From positions 22,756,001 through 22,820,000 of the forward strand of contig NC_087251.1 of assembly GCF_037042905.1 (NCBI RefSeq): 64,000 nt of DNA. The letters run 5' to 3'. The position numbers and the translations under genes are program-made. Origin of the DNA: Lytechinus pictus. Its lineage: Eukaryota. Positions 29,201 to 41,200 of the stretch are shown in pieces; within the stretch, counting starts at the first letter, position 1; each line of letters begins with the position of its first letter. Under the pieces are notes generated by a model. That model was given only the letters and a program-made list of their open reading frames with translations. It searched no databases and was not told the DNA's origin.

Positions 29201-32200
29201 CTTATTCTAAAGCAGAGCGATTCCACTGATCGCTACATGTGAGTTGTTTTCCAAGCCAATCAGTTATCGAAAATGTAATTGAAAGAAATAATCTATGCCC
29301 ATAATCTTTGCGAATGATATAGAAAAGGTTCGCTGATTGGAGTCCTATCGCGATAATTATCGCAGCTCGAGACAGTAGTTCGCGGCCGTGGCCGTGCGCC
29401 GAATCACCGGCAAGAACACGGCGATATCTGCCACAGACTGGCCTGACGTTCACGCGCGTGAATATTGCGATAGTCAGACCCACATCGATTAGCGCGTTTC
29501 ACGTGCGTTATCTGTCAACTTTATTTCGAGCGATACTGTAGCTTATTTCATATCCGTCTGGGATATATGATTTGGTGTCTAGACCATGGTTTCAATGGTC
29601 AAGTAATACACTATGACAAGTTACACGGACAGTCAGTTGTCCAGTATATTTAAAAAATCCAAGATGGCTTTGAAAATAGAGTCTAAAATTGTTGCTGCTG
29701 CATTAAAAAAACGTAGATTGTTTAATAGCCTGGAATAAGTTTATGCCATGGTGAAATGTGTCAAACTATACATTAGGACAAGTTACAAGAACACTCAGTG
29801 GTCAAGTATGTCAAAAATCCAAGGTGGCTTCAAAAAATGGATTATAGAATAGCCCTGTTACTAAAGAATTGACATATTTCGTGTAATATCTGCCAAGGGC
29901 ATATTATTTTGATATCAAAACCATGGTTTTAAAAGTCAGTAAATACATCATGACATGGAACAAGTTACAAGGACAGTGAGTAATCCAATATGTCTAAACA
30001 TCTAAGATGGCTTCAAACAATCGGGGTTTAATTGGAGTCTGTTGCTTAAAAATTGACATAGTTCATTGAAAGTCAACCAAGGAAAAATGATTTTGGTGTT
30101 CAAACTTTGGTTTAAAGTTTCGAAAAATACGTTTAGACTTGTTACAATGATATCCAGTTGTCCAAATTGCCTATTGTACTCATGCAGAACACTTACTGTA
30201 ATTTTCGTTCAAAACTTAAAGGAGAATGAAACCTTTGGAACAAGATAGCTTGTGTGAAAACAGAAAAATCTAAGAAACAGATCAATGAAAGTTTGAGAAA
30301 AATCGGACAAATAATGAGAAAGTTATGAGCTTTTGAATATTGCGATCACTAATGCTATGGAGATCCTCACATTGGCAATGCGACAAAGATGTGTGATGTC
30401 ACTCTTGAACAACTCTCCCCATTACTTTAGTATATATTTCACTTAAATTGCCTCTTTTATTACATCTATCAGTAGAACATGTATTCTTTCTATAGGAGGG
30501 CATGTAATACAGATTTTTAAAGAATACATCATGGATAAAGAGTTTGTATCACCATACGAAAAAGCAAAAAGACACATTTTCAGGGTCCATCAGAGGGAAG
30601 TTGTTCATGTGTGACATCACACATCCTTGTAGCGTTGCCAATGAGAGGATCTCCATAGCATTAGAGATTGCAATATTCAAATGCTCATAACTTTCTTATT
30701 ATTTGTCTGATTTTTCTTTTGTTTCTTTGTTCTTATTCTTTGATTTTTCTGTTTCGACACAAGCCTACTTGTTCCAAAGGTTTCATTCCCCTTTAATGAC
30801 TGGTCAAACATTATGGAGCTTTTAAAAGTAAACCTTTATTTTACATCCCACCTGACCATTATCATTTCAACAGTAATTTTTTTTTGTATTTATAAATTAC
30901 ATCTTGATTGGTTGCCAAGGCAATGGCTGAAGATGTTATCTACATATTAACTGCAAACATATATTTTCTAACACCCTTAACTTAAAATGAAAGAAAAATC
31001 AGATTTTATCATGTTTTTATTTATCAAAGCTGCTGATACTTTTCTGGGGGAAATGAGCTGTTGCCATGGCAACAGAACATTTGAATTATTAATATTTATC
31101 ATTTAATTCAAGAATTACCAAGGCAACATCAATTTATTATTCTAATGAACTCATGCAGAATACTTAGTGAATTTTTTGTTTGAAATTAAATGACTAGCCA
31201 AACCTTTCGCATATTGAGTTATATTTGTATTTTCCACCTGTCCATGATCTTGTCATCCAAATTTTTATTTTTTTGTGAATTAGATATTATTTGGTTGCCA
31301 TGGCAATAGCATTAGATTTTATTTAAACAATTTGCATCAAACATATCTATGTTTAACACACTAAGATTGGGGGAAATGCAAGAAAAACCAGATTCTATAG
31401 TCCTTTTTTAATAAAAACTGGTACTAAATGATCCGTTGCTATGGCAACAGGCAATTTGCAACATTGATATTTATCGTTGAATTCAAGTATTACCAAGGCA
31501 ACATCAATCTGTATCATTCCAATTAGTTCATGCAGAACACTCACTGTATTATTTCCCCTAAATTAATTGAGTAGGTCAAACCTTATGCATATACATAAGT
31601 TAATTTTCATTGTACTTTTCACCTATCCATAACCTTGTCATCCCTGCTGTTGTTTTTTTAATTAGATGTTATCACGTTGCCATGGCAATGGCTTAAGATG
31701 TTATATTTATAAATGTAGTCACAATTATATTTTGATTAGTTCCTTAAAAATATTGAAAATGGAATGATGATCATACATGTATTCTATATTTTTATCAATA
31801 TTTTTACCTTTCTAGAGGGAAATAAACTGTTGCCATGGCAACGGGATCTTTGCAACATTCGTTTTTTTAATTTAATTCAAGCATTACCAAGGCAACATAA
31901 TGTTTTATCTTTATAAAGAACTCCTGCAGAACACATTCTGTATTTTTTGTTCAAATGAGGGGGTCAAAACTTAAGCATACAGATTAAGTCATTTCCAGTT
32001 GTATTTTCCACCTGTCCATTGTCTAGTTTACCATGTTATTTTTGTAAATTAGATGTTATTTGGTTGCCATGGCAATGGCTTGAGATGTAGTTTATACATT
32101 GAGCAACCAAAATATCGTTGTTTTACACTGTAAAATTAGGGGAAATTAAAGATAAATCCTATTCTACAACGTTTTTTTAATCAGTTTGTTTATTTTTCTG

Positions 32201-35200
32201 GGGAAAAACAAGCCGTTGCCATGGCAACGGACCAATTGGAACTATCTTGTTAATTTTGAATGTTTCTAAATTTTATATATATTCAATTGGGAACTTGAAA
32301 ATTATCATTTTGGTCATCTATGTCATGTTTATTTACCATTTACATGGGAATGTATGTCATTTTTGATAAATTAATCCGTTGCCATGGCAACGGCCGAAAA
32401 TGGCATTTTGAAATTTACCTCCCACCTTTAAAATAAATCTTACGGCATATACTAATACTTGTGAAAGTTTCATGCTTTAGTCAAAATTTGCACAATTGTT
32501 GTGATTTTTGGAGCTAATCCGCTCTACTATTATGTGTGTACACTACAGTATGTTCGGGGTTACCAATAAAGTTTGTGAAATTTACCAAGAAAGTAATTTG
32601 AAAATGTGTTTATGGGGGATTTCGAAAAATATATGAGGGGCCTCCTTGGGTGTTTACTTTTCTTAACTGCATGTTATAAACAAGTGCAATGGATATCAAG
32701 TGTTGAGAGTAAGAGGAAGTGAATCCCGGATCTAGTCTTGTCTCAACCCTGGTTAAAAGTATTTCCTGTCAACAATCATCATGTGTAGTTAAAGGCAGTG
32801 ACTCCAATCACTCTATGTCAGTGTACTGTGCATATTAGATTCCAGTCTGTAGAAGGGCACTTTAAATATTTTTCAGATCCACAATCCATGATACAAGATA
32901 AATTTAATCATTCTTGAAATTGAAAATACAACTTCTGTGTTCTGAATCAGTTCCTGGTAAATTTGTAGATCTATACCTCAATTACCCTAAAGATTCCAAG
33001 AAAATGCGAAATGGTTTCCAACATCTGATCTGTCCTGTAAGATAAGGACAGGTGCAAGTCCCATCACAGGCATACATGTACACACATAAAAAACAAAACA
33101 TACTCCCACGACCAGCCAAACACACATTGACTTTAATTGGGCTCATTTGGTATTTATGTGGTCCCTTTCAAATGGATTCCTGTCAAAGTTGGACTGTTGA
33201 TGGCTTCATCATGCTCCTAGAGCTGACATTTTCATTAAAAGTCATTTACGAACTAAAAAGAAAATAATAGTGAAGTCATCACTTTGATGTACTATATTTT
33301 GAATAAGGAAACATGAGGGATACAGCTCAAAAGTCTAGTCAGGGTAATGTAAATAACACCACTGTCATCCTTCCTTCTGTAGGCCTACACCTGTTTCCTT
33401 CTTCAGATACTGAGGTTTAGGCCTATAAGGGCCGTCTGCACCATCCCAAGTTTTCAAATTAGCGCGCTATATCTGATCCGGCAAATTATCCTGATCTGAA
33501 CAATCTCGAGATTATTTGCAATGGAGACGCAATTATCGCGCTAGTTCGTAGGATTAATCGCGAGATTGCAATCCCAAGTCAACTTGGGATTATTTGCAAA
33601 ATAGCACGCTATTTTACGAATTATCGCGCTAATTTGTAGGTGCAGACGCACTCAGGATTACTTATTCACGGCGTCAGACCATAATGCATCAATGCCTCGC
33701 TCGAGCAGGAATCGCTCTTCTTGCGATGGTGGAGATGGGGTTTCTTGAATCTCAAGATTAATCGCGAAGAGGGCCGATTGGGCTAAAGTCTCGAGATTGA
33801 GCAAACTTGGGATGGTGCAGCACCGCCTACTGTGTACTGTAGCTGAAAGGAAACCCAGAGACTTTTTTTTTAATGAAAGTATGAAAGTAAGAAGGCCATG
33901 TCACATACATGTACTGCCATCTTATGATATGATAAACAAGTGCATGGTTTTCAGTCTTTAGCATTGATTTACACTTTAAGTCCCCACCTTTCTGCAATGC
34001 GTAAAACAGAAAAATTTAATCTAATTTTGGAAGAACCAAATTTCACAGAAACTGCCAACAAATTATAAAAGTGAATTGCGAAAAAACAATGAAAATAAAA
34101 GAAAAAATCTGATAACCAATGTGCATCAGTGGAAAATCTTCCAGTCGTGCCTGTATTACATGTAGTTCGACCAGCTTATTCTCCATACTGTAGTGCGTGT
34201 GTACATGTACATAATGGAACCAAAGGTTACAATTTTTAATTCCATTATCATCTAGGTTTTTTTTACATGTCATCAAAGAGCACAAAATTCGCATTTTAGA
34301 AAACTGGGGACTCTGCTTTACAGGCATTTCAACGTTGGCAATTGGTAGAATGGACAGTCTCCCATCCATTAGTATATCAATTATTGCAGCCTTCAAACAT
34401 ATGTATTGAAAAGATAGCAGTTGTATTCCTAGATGACAGTTGAGATCAGGCTCTCAAACTTAAAGTGGGAAATTATTCTCCACTCTCCACTTTTCCTTCT
34501 CTTTAAATAAGTTACCATCTTGTCATTAAAATCTAAGGGTGTGTTCAATGTCGGTTTCCAAATTTAAACGGCAACATGAAACGTTAGTGAAAACGTCAAA
34601 CGTGATTACAAAATGCGGATATAATGAGAAACAAAGAATGTGTTCAATGTCCTCCATTCCTGGTGGTAAAAGTAAATGTCTGTAAAATCATGATTCTGAG
34701 AAAAATTTAAAGGTTGAAAAAGATGCGTTTGTAAAAGCGAACAGCTCATATTTTACGACCTTGAGCATCGCGAATGCGACATTGAACACAATTGAGTTTT
34801 GAAACGTCTTTAAATTTGCTCTTGCAGTGGAAGCCTACACAAACAGGTGCCAGAACTGACCTTTCTTGTGATTGGTCAAAATGCACTCTAAAACTGCGAT
34901 ATTAACAAAAGTGGGAAATTTAAAGACGATCAACATATAAACGGCTTTATAATTTGAACACTGAACAATGCACTGCTGATCGTGTTTGTGTTCGGTGATT
35001 TGTTATTGAGTTTTCAATCATGATTCATGTTCCTTTTTAAATTTGAAAATCGACATTGAACACACCCTTTATACCCAGTAAATATTTCCTTCTTCAAATC
35101 ATGTGGGGGGGGGGGGCTATCTAGACATAAGCATTAATGACAAAGGACTTCAATGAAGATTTCATTGTAGTATGGAGATTTGAAGATTTGATTAGAGACA

Positions 35201-38200
35201 CAATTTCAGAGAATTTGGGCAGATTGCCACAAAATTTGTAGGTTAACAAACTTTTGTACTACATGTAGCTAAATAAATGGAATTATGAAGGAAATGACAA
35301 CTTAAGCTTTGCCTCTCATTCACTTCTGAAGTTATCTTACATGTACAGTATTTCAATATGAAGATAAATATACAAAAGTGTTTTGTTTTTTTCAAAATGG
35401 GAGTGAAAATGAAAAATATCAGGTTTTGCAGAATAACATGAGGAAATATTTTTTATTTAGTAACAGACTTTCAGTCATGTAATTTTGAAAAACATAAAAT
35501 ATTCCTGTTAATATATATTGTCTCGCCTGCATAGCAGAGCGAGACTGCGGCGGCGTCAACATCAAATCTTAACCTAAGGTTAAGTTTTTGAAATGACATC
35601 ATAACTTAAAAAGTATATGGACCTAGTTCATGAAACTTGGCCATGAGGATAATCAAGTATTACTGAACATCCTACCTGAGTTTCAGGTCACATGACCAAG
35701 GTCAAAGGTCATTTAGGGTCAATGAACTTAGACCATGTTGGGAGAATTATTTTCAAAATCTTAACCTGAGGTTAAGTTTTTGAAATGACATTATAACTTA
35801 AAAAGTATATGGACCTAGTTCATGAAACTTGGGCATAAGGTTAATCAAGTATTAGTGAACATCATGCTCGAGTTTCAGGTCACGTGACCAAGGTCAAAGG
35901 TCATTTAGGGTCAATGAACTTTGGTCAAGTTGGGGGTATTTGTTGAATTACTATCATAACTTTGAAAATTTATGGATCTAGTTCATGAAACTTGGACATA
36001 AGGTTAATCAAGTATGAGTGAACATCCTGCCTGAGTTTCAGGTCACATGACCAAGGTCAAAGGTCATTTAGGGTCAATGAACTTTGGCCAAGTTGGGGGT
36101 ACTTGTTGAATTACCATCATAACTTTGAAAATTTATGGATCTAGTTCATGAAACTTGGACATTAGGTTAATCAAATACCACTGAATATCCTGTGCGAGTT
36201 TCAGGTCACATGACCATGGTCAATGGTCATTTAAGGTCAATGAACTTTGGCCATGTTGGGGGTATTTGTTGAATTACCATCCTAACTCTGAAAGTTTATA
36301 GATCTAGTTCATAAAACTTGGGATATAAGAGTAATCAAGTATCACTGAACATCCCCTGTGAGTTTCAGGTCACAAAACCAAGGTCAAAGGTCAGTTAAGG
36401 TCAATAAACTTAGGCCATGTTGGGGTAATTGTTGAATTGCCATCATAACTTTGAAAGTTTATGGATAGAGTGAATGAAATGTGGACATGGGTGTAGTTGA
36501 CAAGTCTTAAGTCACCGTTCAAATGTCGTTTATGGTCAATGAACGTGGTATTATGTCATTATATGAATGGTGTTTTTGTGAATGATTATTTGATTGTAGT
36601 TTTCAAAGTTAGCACTGCTGCTATATTAAATTGCGTAATGCAGGCGAGACTGCCAGAGGCGTTCCACTTGTTTGAACTTGCTCTAGGCTGCAGCTGTGTT
36701 TAAAAGATAAAGTGACACATCCTTTAAAGAACAAGGATACTTCAATCTCAACAATTGCATGTTTCTTTCGAAATTACAAACTGAGACCCAAACTGGCTTT
36801 CTCCATTCTTTTGCTTCTCTTTGCACTAAAAAAGTAGTTGTCAACCTCTTTTTATCATGATTTGGATTTGATATTCTCATTTTTCTTCTTATTTCCTTAG
36901 CATTCTTCCTTTTATTCTTATTTTTGTCTATAGGAGAATGAAGGACTACATACAGATGATCTTGGGCAACCACCTCAGGGACTAGAAGTCTTCCAACAAC
37001 TCTTCTCCCAAAAGGTAAATTGGTTATCTTCCTCATCATCGTCATCATCACTACTACTATTATCATTAAAAGCTATTTGAATTTTTTATAGGGGCTTTGC
37101 TTTCATGTAATTCATATACAATTTTTTACTGTACATGAACAAAAGTATATAATTTTTGAAACATTTACAATATTGGGTGTTGAAAAAAAAGTAATCCAAT
37201 TTACCATCTCTGTGCATTCTTCACAATCTAGGTTCACTCAGTCTCTATTGTTCAGTTTGGTCTGGGCATTGTTACATTAAAATGTTGATATTGGTAATGT
37301 TGTAATCGTATTTAAACTTGATTTTGATTGGTTGTTGAATGTTGAGCAGTGTAACCATACAAAGTAGGATGGCAAAGCTACCATAAAGTAACTTTTGTGC
37401 AAGAGGGCCTGTGATGTCACAGAATACAAGCTGGTACTGGAGAGATAATCTTTGTATCGTAAAAACTTGAATTTGCAGATTCTCCCAATAGATTCCAGCA
37501 CAGGTTGGCAGCTACTAGGTGTCCAACATGATCTCCGGTGTTGGGAGAAACAGGTTAGACTTGGTGGGAGCTACTACAGTCTTCATGGATCAAGTGCTAT
37601 TGTTTCATCCAGTGCAATGGTAAGTATATGGGGGAAAACTTGGTATATTCAGACCATCTTGAAGTTCAAGAGTTCCAGATATTCTCTGATCTGGAATTTT
37701 AAAATACCAGAATTTTACAAAAAATACAAATTTTTGCCTATGTGAAAGCAAAATACCCTTCATATCCCCAAAAGAAAATACCCGCACAATAGTAGGTTCT
37801 TGCTGAAATAATTGGAACTTTTGCAAGGATTTTTCCAAGGTCGCAGGTATTTTGGCAGTGTGAAATCAAATTACAAGACCTTTAGCCATACAGCATGTGG
37901 GTGTGAGCGCCATGGCCTTGCCTGCTAATCCGACCATACTGCACATGCTCGTATCTTTGAGAACTTACACCGAAAAGGTGTACTTTGTGTCGGTGTGAAT
38001 GCATAGAAATTAATTATCAGATATTTCTTAGCAAGCCTGAACAAGTAATTTCACAGGTACTCTGGTGATAGAGGCGGTCTGAATTCACCATATGACTTCA
38101 ATTCACAAAGGTGGTGTTGAATCTATGGTTTTAACCATTATTTTTTTTAACTTCATGCATTAATTAGCTTAATTGATTGCACTTAGAAAGCATCCAATAA

Positions 38201-41200
38201 TAAATGCACACTTTTATCACAGCATGCTAATCAATGTTTGTTACTATGGCATTTGTGTGCCCTCTGTTTTGATATATCCACTGATTATGCTAATTAATTT
38301 ACATTAATAAGTTGGCTTATATATAACACCTTATTGGCAGGTTCGATTATAGAAGATCGTCTTGTAGCTGTTAAGGTGTCAGGGAATGAATTTAATGATA
38401 TTTTGAATTCCACATAACATGCAGAAACCTGAGCTTATGACATCATTGGTTCAGTGATTTGCATCAAGCCATTCTGTAATGGATTTTTCTATTCCAATCG
38501 AACTTTCAATATTTTATCTCGATAAATTCAACTAAGATGTTTAATTAACTTTTGGGTGGATTTAATTTTCAAGATAAGTCAATAATCAAGATTGTTCCGT
38601 TTGTTTCTGTAATCATATTCAGAGTGATATGTATTTGAGTAGTGTATAAACACGCAGTATGTAAATATCACTATCATAAAAATGAACAAGCTTCAAAAGA
38701 CTGTCCCATAGACATTATGATTATTGTTACTCAAACTTGCTGCGAGTGTTATTATCCCTGGTGACTCATCATTATGAGAAAGAATCACCTCGACTGATAT
38801 TTCTAATCCCTCTAGGCTTTGTGATTCACCCTTTTAAAAGAGAGTGATGAGTCCTTGTATAACAGAATCACAGCACTCATGCAAATAAAAAGAATTTTTG
38901 AAATTATTCTTTTAGATTTGATTAGTATAATGATGTACATTTTGTCAGTTTGATGTTTATCTTTCATGTTTAGTTATGTTGTTGATTCATCAAGTTTAGT
39001 TTGTAAATTTATTTTTTCTTGAATTATTTTATTTATAATATTAACTTATGCATAATTTTTCTTGTATTCAAATTTTGTATGCAGACTTACTGTTTAAATA
39101 GACTATTCTGATACTTTTCTTTGTCCTGTAAAGACATCTGTTCATATGGTCATAATAAATGCACTGTAAAATAAAGCTTAGATGTTTAAATTTCATTATT
39201 GAAATAATTTGATCTGTAGATTTATTGGAACAGATATTATCATGTTCAAGTATGTTTGGCAAGCAATATGATTGTTTTGCCAAAACATGTTGCTATGACT
39301 TGGTTCAGTTACTTTTGCATGTAATGTACATCAATTAAATATGATACATTTATAGAGCAATGTACATTGTAACTTGAGCTCAAAATGACACTAATATTAT
39401 ATTTATTTGAACTTGTTTTGGTTCAGTAGTACCAGTAGATATTTTATTGATATTATTCTTAACTACCCTGTGTATGCTATGTACATTTATGTTGTCCAAA
39501 ATACATATTTGTGTAGGAGTTTCAAGTCTGGTAACTTTATATGAGCATTTGTTCGAGCTACTTGTACAGTACATGTAGCTGCTAAAAAGTACCTGAAGAA
39601 TGTATAGTGAGAATGACAAATATATCAATAAAAAATGACAAAAAAATTGTTTTCTCTATTTTGATTTCAATATTCTATTGTGATTCTGTTATTCCTTTTG
39701 AAATTCTGTCCCATGATAATACATCTTTAGATTAGAGATTTCATGTTTGAGAAGAAGAGTGATGTAGACCCTACCCTAGCTAAGTGAAATATTGATTTTG
39801 ATGTTTCAGTCATGTGAAAATCCTCAATTCACTTGAAATATTCATGTTGCTTTATACCTTTACGGACCTGCATGTACCCTGGGCTTTGGATTTTTTTTCG
39901 TATTGGTCACTTGGCAATGATTTGGTAACTAGAATAAACATGTCTAAATGTCGGCATTCTCAGAATTTTTGGTTGGGTGTGTGTCGAACAATAGAAATAT
40001 AGTTTAGCAACTTTAAAGACAACTGCTTGTTGTGCCAAAAATTAGCCCTAAAAATTCAGCAATCGCCCAAAATGACAAATGTATAGCCTCTAGAATGTTG
40101 AAGTGTTTGTACTAGTACCCTGATGAACATGTTGCTAACTCTAGATAAGTTGTACATACATGTACATGTATATGCACAGTATATGAATCTCCCTGCTTTT
40201 ACCCATTTTTAAAATTTTTTCTTCCATACAGTGTACACGTGCCAGCCCAATCACTTGTTCCAAAATATTATTTTGATACACTGTACATGTATGTATTTTT
40301 TATGACATAATTCTTCATGTTTGTTTATAAGTGAAACTAAGATCAGATTACATTCCTTCACAAACTCTAAATGTACTGTATCAGAGATGTGCTTCCATGG
40401 TTGCCAAGGATCCTGAAGGTTACAAATAAAACGTCTCTCGATGAAAATGTGCATTACCCATGAAGCTACATTGTCCTTCATTAATAATGTGTGACAAAAT
40501 ATGTACAGTAATACCAATCATGCATACTACATGTACATACTGTAGAAACAATTTGTGTGAATTAAACTAATGTCAAGTTTTCAAGGACGTGACATGTGTT
40601 CATTGTGGTTACCAGGAAACATCAAGTTTGTTTACAATCAATTTTTCATTTCTTTATCTTCAACTTCCCCGCCAGTACTATTTTTAAAATCCAAGTTCGG
40701 TCATTGAAGGCATATGTCTGATTTTTTTTTTTAATTCTGTTGTAGTAAGAAACTGAAGAAAATGCATTAATTCTACTTCTTGAGTACATAGATTCAGTTT
40801 GTAGTGATTGCAGAGATGAAATGAATAGATCTTTTGAATTTATTTATTTTTGCTTAAATAAAGACCAAGTCCACCCCCAGCAATAAGTTATTTTTATCAC
40901 ATTCTTATCTATTTATTATGTGTACGAGCATATTTTCAAATAAAAGTAGAAAAGTGATAATGTGCAATGATTTTTTTTTTGCAATGCATTCATGAAGTAG
41001 CCCCTGTGCATGAACATTGTTGATCAAATTAATAGAAATTAGAAAATTTAGATATATTAGTATCTTTGCAATTCTGTTAAGTTATACTTTATACTTTAAA
41101 GTAATATAAGTTTCATAGTTATATATTTAGTAGTTTCCACACTTGTAAACAATCATTAAATTTATGTTTTCTTTTAATTTATAATTTGTACACCTCATAA

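Larger units (their letters stand above)
20566..29538. mobile_element. 9-kb TA-targeting (Tc1/mariner-pogo-like) non-autonomous element inside the foldback
   Basis: TA|CAGTATCGCTCGAAATAAAGTTGACA...TGTCAACTTTATTTCGAGCGATACTG|TA (26-bp perfect TIR); CpG-rich subtermini share ACGTTCACGCGCGT. Confidence 0.85.
18010..32529. mobile_element. 14.5-kb foldback element, Academ-like, with tandemly repeated inverted arms
   Basis: TTA|TAGTAGAGCGGATTAGC...GCTAATCCGCTCTACTA|TTA; arms about 18010-20420 and 30170-32529 are reverse complements built of ~390-bp units. TAG termini with a 3-bp TSD fit Academ. No transposase recognised. Confidence 0.8.
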
